Shown here: one piece after another, positions 38,685 through 45,634 of the stretch | Numbering within the stretch: position 1 is the first letter of the stretch | Layout: each line of letters opens with the position of its first letter | Assembly (NCBI GenBank): GCA_017853235.1 | Contig: JAFMJX010000001.1 | Span: forward strand, 1 to 45,634 | DNA from: Chitinophagaceae bacterium | GTDB taxonomy: Bacteria; Bacteroidota; Bacteroidia; Chitinophagales; Chitinophagaceae | Direction: 5' to 3' | Length of the DNA: 45,634 nt | Notes under the pieces: generated by a model | Databases searched by the model: none | The model's input: the letters and a program-made list of their open reading frames with translations, nothing else | Told to the model about the DNA's origin: nothing | Position numbers and translations under genes: made by a program

Positions 38685-40553
38685 TTATCGGCCCATATAC
38701 ACCATTAATATTTGAACATCGCTAGGGTTCACACCGCTAATGCGACTTGCTTGACCCAAAGTAAGCGGGCGCACTTTTTTAAACTTTTGAAGTGCTTCAA
38801 TAGAAAGCGCAGCCACTTTATCGTAATCAAAATGAACAGGAATTAATTTATTTTCTAATGTGGCCATTCGATCAACGATTTCTTTTTCTTTTTCAATATA
38901 TCGCTCGTACTTAATTTGAATCTCGGCCTGTTCCAAGCATTCGGTATCGTTGTTTTCTAATTTTAATTTTATATCGGGTGTATGATCTAATATTTGTTGT
39001 AGGCTAATATTGGGGCGCAGCACAAGTTTTGAGGCTTTTTGTTTTTCGCTAAGGGGTGCCGATTCAATACTGTTTAAAAAATCATTGATTAGATTTGGCT
39101 CAATAGATTCGGTGTTTAGAATAGATTTTATTTCGTTGACCTGTTTGTTTTTTTCATCCACACGACGCATTCTTTCCTCCTTCGCTAAACCAAGTTTATA
39201 ACTTAATTCGGTCAATCTAAGATCGGCGTTGTCTTGGCGCAATAGGGTTCTAAATTCGGCACGCGAAGTAAACATGCGGTAGGGTTCGTTGGTGCCCTTG
39301 CTTATTAGGTCATCAATTAATACACCAATATAGGCTTCGCTTCTTTGTAAAATAAGTGGCGGCTGGTTGTTGATTTTTAAATGTGCGTTCATTCCAGCCA
39401 TAATGCCTTGACAAGCTGCCTCTTCATAACCCGTGGTTCCATTAATTTGACCCGCAAAATATAAATGCTCAATTGCTTTAGTTTCAAGGGTATAGGTTAA
39501 TTGTGTGGGCTGAAAATAGTCGTATTCAATGGCATATCCCGGACGAAACATTCTAGCCTTTTCAAATCCAGGAACCATACGAAGAGCTTCGTATTGTACT
39601 TCTTCTGGTAAGCTTGTGCTAAAACCGTTTACATATATTTCAATGGTATTCCAGCCTTCTGGCTCTACAAATAATTGGTGACGTTCTCTATCTGCAAATC
39701 GATTGATTTTATCTTCAATACTTGGACAGTATCTGGGTCCGACCCCCTCAATACGACCTTGGTACATTGGGCTACGGTCAAATCCGGTCTTTAAAATTTC
39801 ATGCACCCTAGAATCAGTATATGTAATATGACAAGGACGCTGATCCTTAGCCTTGACTCTGGGAATATTTAAGTATGAAAATCCCACCACCTCATCATCT
39901 CCTTCTTGTATTTCCATCTTAGAATAGTCTAAACTACGACCATCTACCCTTGGAGGGGTTCCTGTTTTTAGTCTATCGGACTCTAATCCAAAGGAAACCA
40001 GTTGTTCGGTAATGCCTGTGGCAGATTTTTCAGCTACGCGACCACCTCCAATTTGTTTTTCACCTATATGAATAATTCCATTTAGAAAGGTTCCACTGGT
40101 AATGACAACCGCATCTGCCTCAATCTTGTGACCCAGGCTTGTGATCACCCCACAAGCTTTATTGTTTTTAATGATTAATTCCTGCACCGAATCCTGGTAA
40201 AAATCTACATTAGGAGTGTTTTCCAACATCTCTCTCCACTTTGATGCAAATAAATGACGATCATTTTGAGTGCGTGGACTCCACATGGCCGGCCCCTTAC
40301 TCTTATTAAGCATTCTAAACTGAATCGTACTTAAATCACTCACAATTCCACTGTATCCGCCAAGAGCATCAATTTCCCTTACTATTTGTCCCTTAGCAAT
40401 GCCCCCCATGGCAGGATTACAGCTCATTTGGGCAATAGTCTGCATATTCATGGTTACCAATAAAACCTTGGAGCCCATATTGGCCGCCGCTGCTGCTGCT
40501 TCACAACCCGCGTGGCCAGCACCTACTACTATGACATTGTATTTTGGAAACAT
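38685..40553 (-). CDS. mnmG: tRNA uridine-5-carboxymethylaminomethyl modification enzyme MnmG (GidA)
   Basis: VGAGHAGCEAA, SCNPAMGG, KTGTPPR, GPRYCPSIEDK, AGQINGTTGYEEAA; start set at ATG 40553, 8 nt after TATCTTTG (40562-40569). Confidence 0.98.
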   Translation of the reverse strand: MFPKYNVIVVGAGHAGCEAAAAAANMGSKVLLVTMNMQTIAQMSCNPAMGGIAKGQIVREIDALGGYSGIVSDLSTIQFRMLNKSKGPAMWSPRTQNDRHLFASKWREMLENTPNVDFYQDSVQELIIKNNKACGVITSLGHKIEADAVVITSGTFLNGIIHIGEKQIGGGRVAEKSATGITEQLVSFGLESDRLKTGTPPRVDGRSLDYSKMEIQEGDDEVVGFSYLNIPRVKAKDQRPCHITYTDSRVHEILKTGFDRSPMYQGRIEGVGPRYCPSIEDKINRFADRERHQLFVEPEGWNTIEIYVNGFSTSLPEEVQYEALRMVPGFEKARMFRPGYAIEYDYFQPTQLTYTLETKAIEHLYFAGQINGTTGYEEAACQGIMAGMNAHLKINNQPPLILQRSEAYIGVLIDDLISKGTNEPYRMFTSRAEFRTLLRQDNADLRLTELSYKLGLAKEERMRRVDEKNKQVNEIKSILNTESIEPNLINDFLNSIESAPLSEKQKASKLVLRPNISLQQILDHTPDIKLKLENNDTECLEQAEIQIKYERYIEKEKEIVDRMATLENKLIPVHFDYDKVAALSIEALQKFKKVRPLTLGQASRISGVNPSDVQILMVYMGR

Positions 40554-40658
40554 AAGGATTGCAAAGATAAGCCCGTATTGAATACCAAGCAATTCAATTA
40601 GTTAGGAATTGTTTTATTTAGTACATTTTATATAGCTGTCCGCAGTTGATTCAAAAAA

Positions 40659-40674
40659 TGTTCCACGTGGAACG
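40659..40674. promoter_or_regulatory. parS centromere-like site
   Basis: TGTTCCACGTGGAACG, one base from the perfect palindrome. Confidence 0.88.
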
Positions 40675-40718
40675 TTTTGAATTAGGCACACCCGTTTTAC
40701 CTATATATTTCTCTAAAA

Positions 40719-41165
40719 TTATTTGGACTGTTCCACGTGGAACATTTTTAGGTAGGACCTGATCCATTTATTCTCCAAGGAGCGCATTTTTTTGATATCT
40801 GCTGGTTTTTTGTCCTTATATCCACAAAAATGGAGTGCGCCATGAAAAATTATCCTTAAAAGTTCCTCTTTATAAGGGGTTTTTAGGGTTTTGGCATTTT
40901 CTTTTACTCGGTCTATACTTATATATACATCAGCAATGAGTGTTCCCTTTTGTTCTGAAAGGTCAAAACTGATAATATCTGTATAGTAATTGTGTTTTAG
41001 GTAGGTTTTATTAATATCTAACAAATACTTGTCGGAGCAAAATATATATTGAAGGCTTGCTACTTTCAACCCCTCTTTGGCTAACTGCTTTTCAATAAAC
41101 GACTTAAGGGCGGCTCGGTTAGTTAGCGCAGTGTTTTTATCAGCCTTATTAAATGAAATACGCAT
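40719..41165 (-). CDS. ybeY: rRNA maturation endoribonuclease YbeY
   Basis: TDIISF, HGALHFCGYKD, KMRSLE. Confidence 0.93.
   Translation of the reverse strand: MRISFNKADKNTALTNRAALKSFIEKQLAKEGLKVASLQYIFCSDKYLLDINKTYLKHNYYTDIISFDLSEQKGTLIADVYISIDRVKENAKTLKTPYKEELLRIIFHGALHFCGYKDKKPADIKKMRSLENKWIRSYLKMFHVEQSK
40729..40744. promoter_or_regulatory. parS centromere-like site inside ybeY 3' end
   Basis: Perfect palindrome TGTTCCACGTGGAACA matching the parS consensus TGTTNCACGTGNAACA. Confidence 0.92.
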
Positions 41166-41241
41166 ACAATTGGGTTCTTCTTTATTGCTCCAAATTTCGT
41201 AACTATTTGTGTAAAAAAGGAAACTATCTTTGTAATAATAT

Positions 41242-41481
41242 ATGAGGAAGTTATCTGAATTAAAAATGGGGCAGTCGGGAGTGATTCATTCTTTTGAAAA
41301 CGATGAAATCTTTTTAAAATTAATGGAGATGGGATGTATACCCGGTGAAACCATCCGAGTAGAACAAATAGCGCCACTAGGCGATCCTATCTCTATATCG
41401 GTGGCTGGATACCAATTAAGTTTGCGTATGAACGAAGCCGATAGTATTCTAATTAGTGCCGAATCCATCACAAACAATTGA
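41242..41481 (+). CDS. feoA: FeoA-family protein
   Basis: LSELK.G, LMEMGCIPG, APLGDPI, LSLR..EA; TATCTTTG at 41225-41232. Confidence 0.92.
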   Translation: MRKLSELKMGQSGVIHSFENDEIFLKLMEMGCIPGETIRVEQIAPLGDPISISVAGYQLSLRMNEADSILISAESITNN

Positions 41482-41501
41482 TAATCAATTAATTAAACAA
41501 A

Positions 41502-42107
41502 ATGAAGATTGGTTTATTTTTTGGTTCTTTTAATCCCATACATAACGGACACCTTATGGTAGCTAGTTATGTAGCCAATCATTCTGACCTTAAGCAAGTG
41601 TGGTTGGTGGTGTCTCCTCAAAATCCTCTCAAGCCCCAGGGGAGCTTGCTGAACGAATATGATCGCTTGCATTTAGCAAAATTGGCTATCGAAGATGATC
41701 TTCAATTAAAGGTTTCTGATATTGAATTTTCATTGCCCCGCCCCTCTTATACCATTGATACACTGACTTATTTACAAGAGAAATATCCGCAACACGAATT
41801 TTCGGTGATAATGGGAGGAGATAGTTTTCAAAATTTACCTAAATGGAAAAACTTTGAAACACTGGTTAAAAATTATCGTTTCATTGTTTATCGTCGTGAA
41901 GGATTTGATATTAGTAATGATTATGGTGCAGAGGTTTTATTTCTAGAAGCCCCTCTATTACAATTATCTGCGACACTTATACGTAACAATCGAAAAGAAG
42001 GAATTACCATTCGTTATTTAGTTCCCGAAAAAGTGAGAGAGGAAATTGAGAATAATAATTATTTTAAAGAAGAAGGCGCGATCCTGCGCGATGCGAAGAA
42101 AAAGTAA
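41502..42107 (+). CDS. nadD: Nicotinate-nucleotide adenylyltransferase
   Basis: GSFNPIHNGH, SYTIDTL, MGGD..W, SATLIR. Confidence 0.95.
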   Translation: MKIGLFFGSFNPIHNGHLMVASYVANHSDLKQVWLVVSPQNPLKPQGSLLNEYDRLHLAKLAIEDDLQLKVSDIEFSLPRPSYTIDTLTYLQEKYPQHEFSVIMGGDSFQNLPKWKNFETLVKNYRFIVYRREGFDISNDYGAEVLFLEAPLLQLSATLIRNNRKEGITIRYLVPEKVREEIENNNYFKEEGAILRDAKKK

Positions 42108-42120
42108 TAAAATTAAAAAT

Positions 42121-42155
42121 AAAAAAACCCTCTGAATTTTTCAGAGGGTTTTTTT
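42121..42155. terminator. Bidirectional intrinsic terminator between nadD and rho
   Basis: AAAAAAACCCTCTGAA-ttt-TTCAGAGGGTTTTTTT. Confidence 0.88.
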
Positions 42156-42156
42156 A

Positions 42157-43635
42157 TTATCTATTCATGCTGGCCAAAAACTCTTCATTGTCTTTAGTGC
42201 CTCGCATACGTTTTAATAATTCATTCATTGCTTCGTCGGTATTCATATCGTTGATGAATAAACGAAGAATATTCATTCTGCCTAATACGTCTTTATCTAA
42301 TAATAAATCATCCCGTCTAGTACTTGAACCTACCAAATCAATCGCAGGGAAAATACGTTTGTTTGCTAAACGACGATCTAATACTAATTCCATATTACCC
42401 GTTCCCTTGAATTCTTCAAAAATAACCTCATCCATTTTAGAACCTGTTTCAATTAACGCAGTTGCTAAAATAGTTAAGGATCCTCCGTTTTCAATTTTAC
42501 GAGCGGCTCCAAAAAATTGTTTTGGTTTTTGCATTGCGTTAGCTTCTACACCACCCGACAATACTTTACCAGAACTTGGCGCGACTGTATTATGTGCACG
42601 CGCTAAACGTGTAATAGAATCTAATAAAATAACCACATCGTGTCCGCATTCTACCAATCGCTTTGCTTTTTGTAAAGCCATTGTAGAAACCTTAACATGT
42701 TTTTCGGCGGGTTCATCAAAGGTAGAAGCAATGACTTCTGCTTTCACAGAACGTTCCACATCGGTTACCTCTTCCGGACGTTCATCTACCAACACCACCA
42801 TTAAATAACATTCGGGATGATTTGCCGCAATAGCATTGGCTACTTCTTTCAACAACATGGTTTTACCCACTTTAGGTTGCGCCACAATCAAACCTCTTTG
42901 GCCTTTACCAATAGGCGTAAACAAATCCATGATACGCGTACTGTAATTGTTAGAAGAAGTATATAAGTTTAGTTTTTCAAAAGGAAACAATGGAGTTAAA
43001 TAATCAAAAGGAATACGATCGCGAATTTCATCAGGACGTTTTCCGTTGACATAATCAACCTTTGTTAATGCAAAATATTTTTCACCTTCTTTAGGAGGTC
43101 TAACAGATCCCTGAACAGTGTCGCCTGTTTTTAATCCAAATAATTTTATTTGAGAAGGAGATACATATACATCATCGGGTGAAGACAAGTAGTTATAATC
43201 TGAAGAACGTAAAAAACCATATCCATCGGGCATCATTTCTAATACACCTTCGGATGCAATGGCGCCGTCAAATTCAACATTGAAAACGGGTTCTTTGCGA
43301 GGTTGCGGATAGCGATGACCTTGTTGGTTTTGCTGACCATTTCCTCCGTTTTGTCCTTGAGTTGCCGTTCCTTGATTGTTTTGTGGTGCAGCGGTGTTGG
43401 TTCCGGCTTCGGTGGATGGTTCAGCACTTGCAGCACTTTCGTCTCCAAATAATGCTTGCGCAATTTTAGAAGCCTTATCGTCTTCGCTGTTGTCCTTAAC
43501 GGGCTCTGCTTTTTTAGTTGCCGCTGGTTTTTTGGTAGCGGAAGTTTTTTTAGAATCTGCTGGTGCAGCTTTTGCAGCTGGGGCGGCAGCAACGGTTTTG
43601 CGTCCCCTTTTTGGTTTTTCGTCTTTGTCTTGCAC
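42157..43635 (-). CDS. rho: Transcription termination factor Rho with disordered N-terminus
   Basis: [43 protein letters not shown]; GTG start with in-frame TAG three codons upstream. Confidence 0.97.
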   Translation of the reverse strand: MQDKDEKPKRGRKTVAAAPAAKAAPADSKKTSATKKPAATKKAEPVKDNSEDDKASKIAQALFGDESAASAEPSTEAGTNTAAPQNNQGTATQGQNGGNGQQNQQGHRYPQPRKEPVFNVEFDGAIASEGVLEMMPDGYGFLRSSDYNYLSSPDDVYVSPSQIKLFGLKTGDTVQGSVRPPKEGEKYFALTKVDYVNGKRPDEIRDRIPFDYLTPLFPFEKLNLYTSSNNYSTRIMDLFTPIGKGQRGLIVAQPKVGKTMLLKEVANAIAANHPECYLMVVLVDERPEEVTDVERSVKAEVIASTFDEPAEKHVKVSTMALQKAKRLVECGHDVVILLDSITRLARAHNTVAPSSGKVLSGGVEANAMQKPKQFFGAARKIENGGSLTILATALIETGSKMDEVIFEEFKGTGNMELVLDRRLANKRIFPAIDLVGSSTRRDDLLLDKDVLGRMNILRLFINDMNTDEAMNELLKRMRGTKDNEEFLASMNR

Positions 43636-43884
43636 GTGTAACTATAGTTTATTTAAAAATCGAATAAAGATCTGGGATGGTTTGAAACTTTTTTGAAATT
43701 TCGGTCGGGATAAATTGACCGGCAAATTGATAGGAGCGATAAAAGTAAATGAAATGATTCGCTCGTTTCTACTGCAATGTTAAGTAGATTTTTAGTAAAA
43801 AAACAATTTTTTATACGTTTTTGTGCCTAAATGAGGGTGTTGGGCCCTCGAAACCGATTATCTTTGCCATTCGAAATAATATAT

Positions 43885-45333
43885 ATGTTCAACCAACGAA
43901 TAAAAATCAAGCAATTGTTAAGCGGGACCCCAACGGGTACCCAAGTAGTGGTCATGGGATGGGTGCGCACATTTCGTAATAATCAATTTATTGCGTTAAA
44001 CGACGGAAGCACGAACGCTAACTTGCAAGTAGTAGCAAGCTTGGGTGAATTTGACGAAGCTGTTTTAAAAAGAATCACCACGGGCGCTTCTTTAAAAGTA
44101 ACAGGAACGGTGGTTGAAAGTTTAGGAAAGGGTCAAACGATAGAAGTAAAAGCAACAAGCATTGAAATTTTAGGAGACAGCGATGCCGAAAAATATCCCT
44201 TACAACCTAAAAAACATTCACTCGAATTTTTAAGAGAAAAAGCACATTTACGTTTTCGCACGAATACCTTTTCTTCCGTGTTTAGAGTAAGACACGCGTT
44301 GGCATTTGCGGTGCATCAATTTTTTAACGAAAGAGGATTTGTGTATTTACACACTCCTATAATTACAAGTTCGGATGCAGAGGGTGCTGGTGAAATGTTT
44401 CGTGTGACAACACTTCCAATGGAAGGTGCACCCAAAAACGAACAGGGAGAAATTGATTATACTCAGGACTTTTTTGGTAAGAGTACTAACTTAACGGTGA
44501 GTGGACAACTTGAAGGAGAGCTAGGCGCCATGGCGTTTTCAGAGATTTATACTTTTGGTCCAACCTTTCGCGCCGAAAATTCTAATACAACTCGTCACTT
44601 GGCAGAATTTTGGATGATAGAACCCGAAATGGCTTTTCATGATATTGAAGACAATATGAACTTGGCAGAAGCATTCATTAAATATTTGATTGAATATGTA
44701 ATGAAAAATAATGCTGATGATTTAGCTTTTTTAGATGCTAGATTAGCCGAAGAAGAAAAACAACTGCCTACCGAAAAAAGAAGCGGACTTGGATTACTTG
44801 AGAAATTAAACTTTGTATTAAACAATAATTTTGAAAGAATTACTTATACCGAAGCCATTGATATTTTATTAAGCAGCAATCATTATAAGAAAAAGAAATT
44901 TCAATATGATGTAAAGTGGGGCATTGATTTACAAAGTGAACATGAACGATATTTAGTAGAACAACATTTTAAAAAGCCGGTCATTGTAACGGGATATCCT
45001 GCAGCTATTAAAGCATTTTATATGCGGATGAATGATGGTTGCGAACCGGGCAAAGAAACTGTTGCTGCAATGGATATTTTAGCCCCTGGTATTGGAGAAA
45101 TTGTAGGGGGTAGTCAACGTGAGGAGAGATTAGAAGTGTTAGAAGCAAGAATGAGGTCCATGCATGTGCCGGTAGAGGAGATGAGCTGGTACTTAGATAC
45201 TAGACGCTTTGGAACTGTACCCCATGCGGGATTTGGCTTGGGTTTTGAGAGAATGATCCAGTTTGTAACAGGAATGACGAATATTAGAGACGTTATTGCA
45301 TTTGCTAGAACGCCCAAAAACTGTGAGTATTAA
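43885..45333 (+). CDS. asnS: Asparagine--tRNA ligase
   Basis: [46 protein letters not shown]; start set at ATG 43885 after TATCTTTG (43859-43866). Confidence 0.97.
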   Translation: MFNQRIKIKQLLSGTPTGTQVVVMGWVRTFRNNQFIALNDGSTNANLQVVASLGEFDEAVLKRITTGASLKVTGTVVESLGKGQTIEVKATSIEILGDSDAEKYPLQPKKHSLEFLREKAHLRFRTNTFSSVFRVRHALAFAVHQFFNERGFVYLHTPIITSSDAEGAGEMFRVTTLPMEGAPKNEQGEIDYTQDFFGKSTNLTVSGQLEGELGAMAFSEIYTFGPTFRAENSNTTRHLAEFWMIEPEMAFHDIEDNMNLAEAFIKYLIEYVMKNNADDLAFLDARLAEEEKQLPTEKRSGLGLLEKLNFVLNNNFERITYTEAIDILLSSNHYKKKKFQYDVKWGIDLQSEHERYLVEQHFKKPVIVTGYPAAIKAFYMRMNDGCEPGKETVAAMDILAPGIGEIVGGSQREERLEVLEARMRSMHVPVEEMSWYLDTRRFGTVPHAGFGLGFERMIQFVTGMTNIRDVIAFARTPKNCEY

Positions 45334-45366
45334 TATAATTATCAGCTAGATATAGCGGCTGGTTTT

Positions 45367-45397
45367 TTTGTATTATAAGATTCCCTGCCTATATTTG
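45367..45397 (+). promoter_or_regulatory. Canonical Bacteroidota promoter for tRNA-Phe
   Basis: TTTG (45367-45370), 19 bp, TATATTTG (45390-45397). Confidence 0.7.
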
Positions 45398-45442
45398 CGA
45401 CCCAATCGGAGAAATCTGATGGGGATGGATGAAAAATCCGAT

Positions 45443-45515
45443 GGTGCGGTAGCTCAGTCGGTAGAGCAAAGGACTGAAAATCCTTGTGTCGCCGGTTCGA
45501 TCCCGGCCCACACCA
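45443..45515 (+). tRNA. tRNA-Phe (GAA), CCA not encoded
   Basis: 73 nt cloverleaf: D arm GCTC/GAGC, anticodon arm AAGGA-CTGAAAA-TCCTT, T arm GCCGG-TTCGATC-CCGGC, acceptor GGTGCGG/CCACACC with one C:A mismatch. Confidence 0.97.
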
Positions 45516-45518
45516 CTT

Positions 45519-45563
45519 AAAGGCTTGATTATCAGTGAATAACGCTGAAAATCAAGCCTTTTT
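45519..45563 (+). terminator. Inverted repeat downstream of tRNA-Phe (terminator and/or att-associated)
   Basis: AAAGGCTTGATT.TCAG / CTGA.AATCAAGCCTTT followed by T run. Confidence 0.65.
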
Positions 45564-45607
45564 CAATTAAAATATATGCAAATTCCTGCATATAGCTGCA
45601 TTGTCCT

Positions 45608-45627
45608 GGCGACAAATAGGCGACAAA
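45608..45627 (+). repeat. Direct repeat GGCGACAAA x2, 11-bp period (possible integrase arm-type sites)
   Basis: GGCGACAAA at 45608-45616 and 45619-45627; function inferred. Confidence 0.55.
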
Positions 45628-45634
45628 ATAGAGG

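Noticed and set aside
42167-42808. 213-aa ORF antisense to rho (also 43239-43592 and 43376-43696)
   Set aside because: Shadow or alternate-frame ORFs over a conserved gene; no motifs or promoter.
1694-43884. ORF-track upstream starts for nfuA, the lipoprotein, uvrB, mgsA, ppiD, mnmG and asnS
   Set aside because: They fall in or upstream of TAnnTTTG promoter elements, overlap neighbours or precede the signal peptide; downstream ATGs fit better.
930-45317. Many 60-117 aa ORF-track entries nested in or opposite real genes
   Set aside because: Overlap well-supported CDS and show no recognisable family features.
1-45634. Anti-phage defence, toxin-antitoxin, retron or transposase genes
   Set aside because: Nearly every long ORF maps to a housekeeping or common Bacteroidota family; the helicase is PcrA and the small ATPase is NadR-type.

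Overview
AT-rich, densely packed housekeeping region of a Bacteroidota chromosome (Chitinophagaceae-like by protein resemblance and TAnnTTTG promoters; taxon is inferred). It holds 38 CDS (pcrA, nfuA, dctA, kdnB, kdsB, dnaN, recX, nagA, thiL, suhB, GH3-family, mtgA, pnuC, uvrB, mgsA, recA, ppiD-like, kynU, polA, two amidohydrolases, mnmG, ybeY, feoA, nadD, rho, asnS and others) and a tRNA-Phe. It is probably the replication-origin region: the only large non-coding gap (838 bp between divergent recA and ppiD) is very AT-rich with about 8 DnaA-box-like 9-mers, two parS palindromes lie next to mnmG (one inside ybeY), and dnaN is nearby. I found no CRISPR array, transposase, prophage gene or recognisable defence system, and cannot claim a clearly new multi-gene system. 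Best leads: an apparent local inversion of strand skew around the candidate oriC (small hand counts only); tandem CTAA-N5-TTAG SOS-type boxes at recA abutting the origin; five genes whose -7 promoter element sits 3-4 nt from the ATG (predicted leaderless); kdnB and kdsB without kdnA; a GH3 adenylating enzyme coupled to a LysE exporter; a secreted amidohydrolase pair with two of three domains lacking HxH; a Rho lacking Rho_N with a Q/N-rich tail; and a probable integrative-element boundary after tRNA-Phe at the window edge. All family calls are from motif recognition, not database searches.
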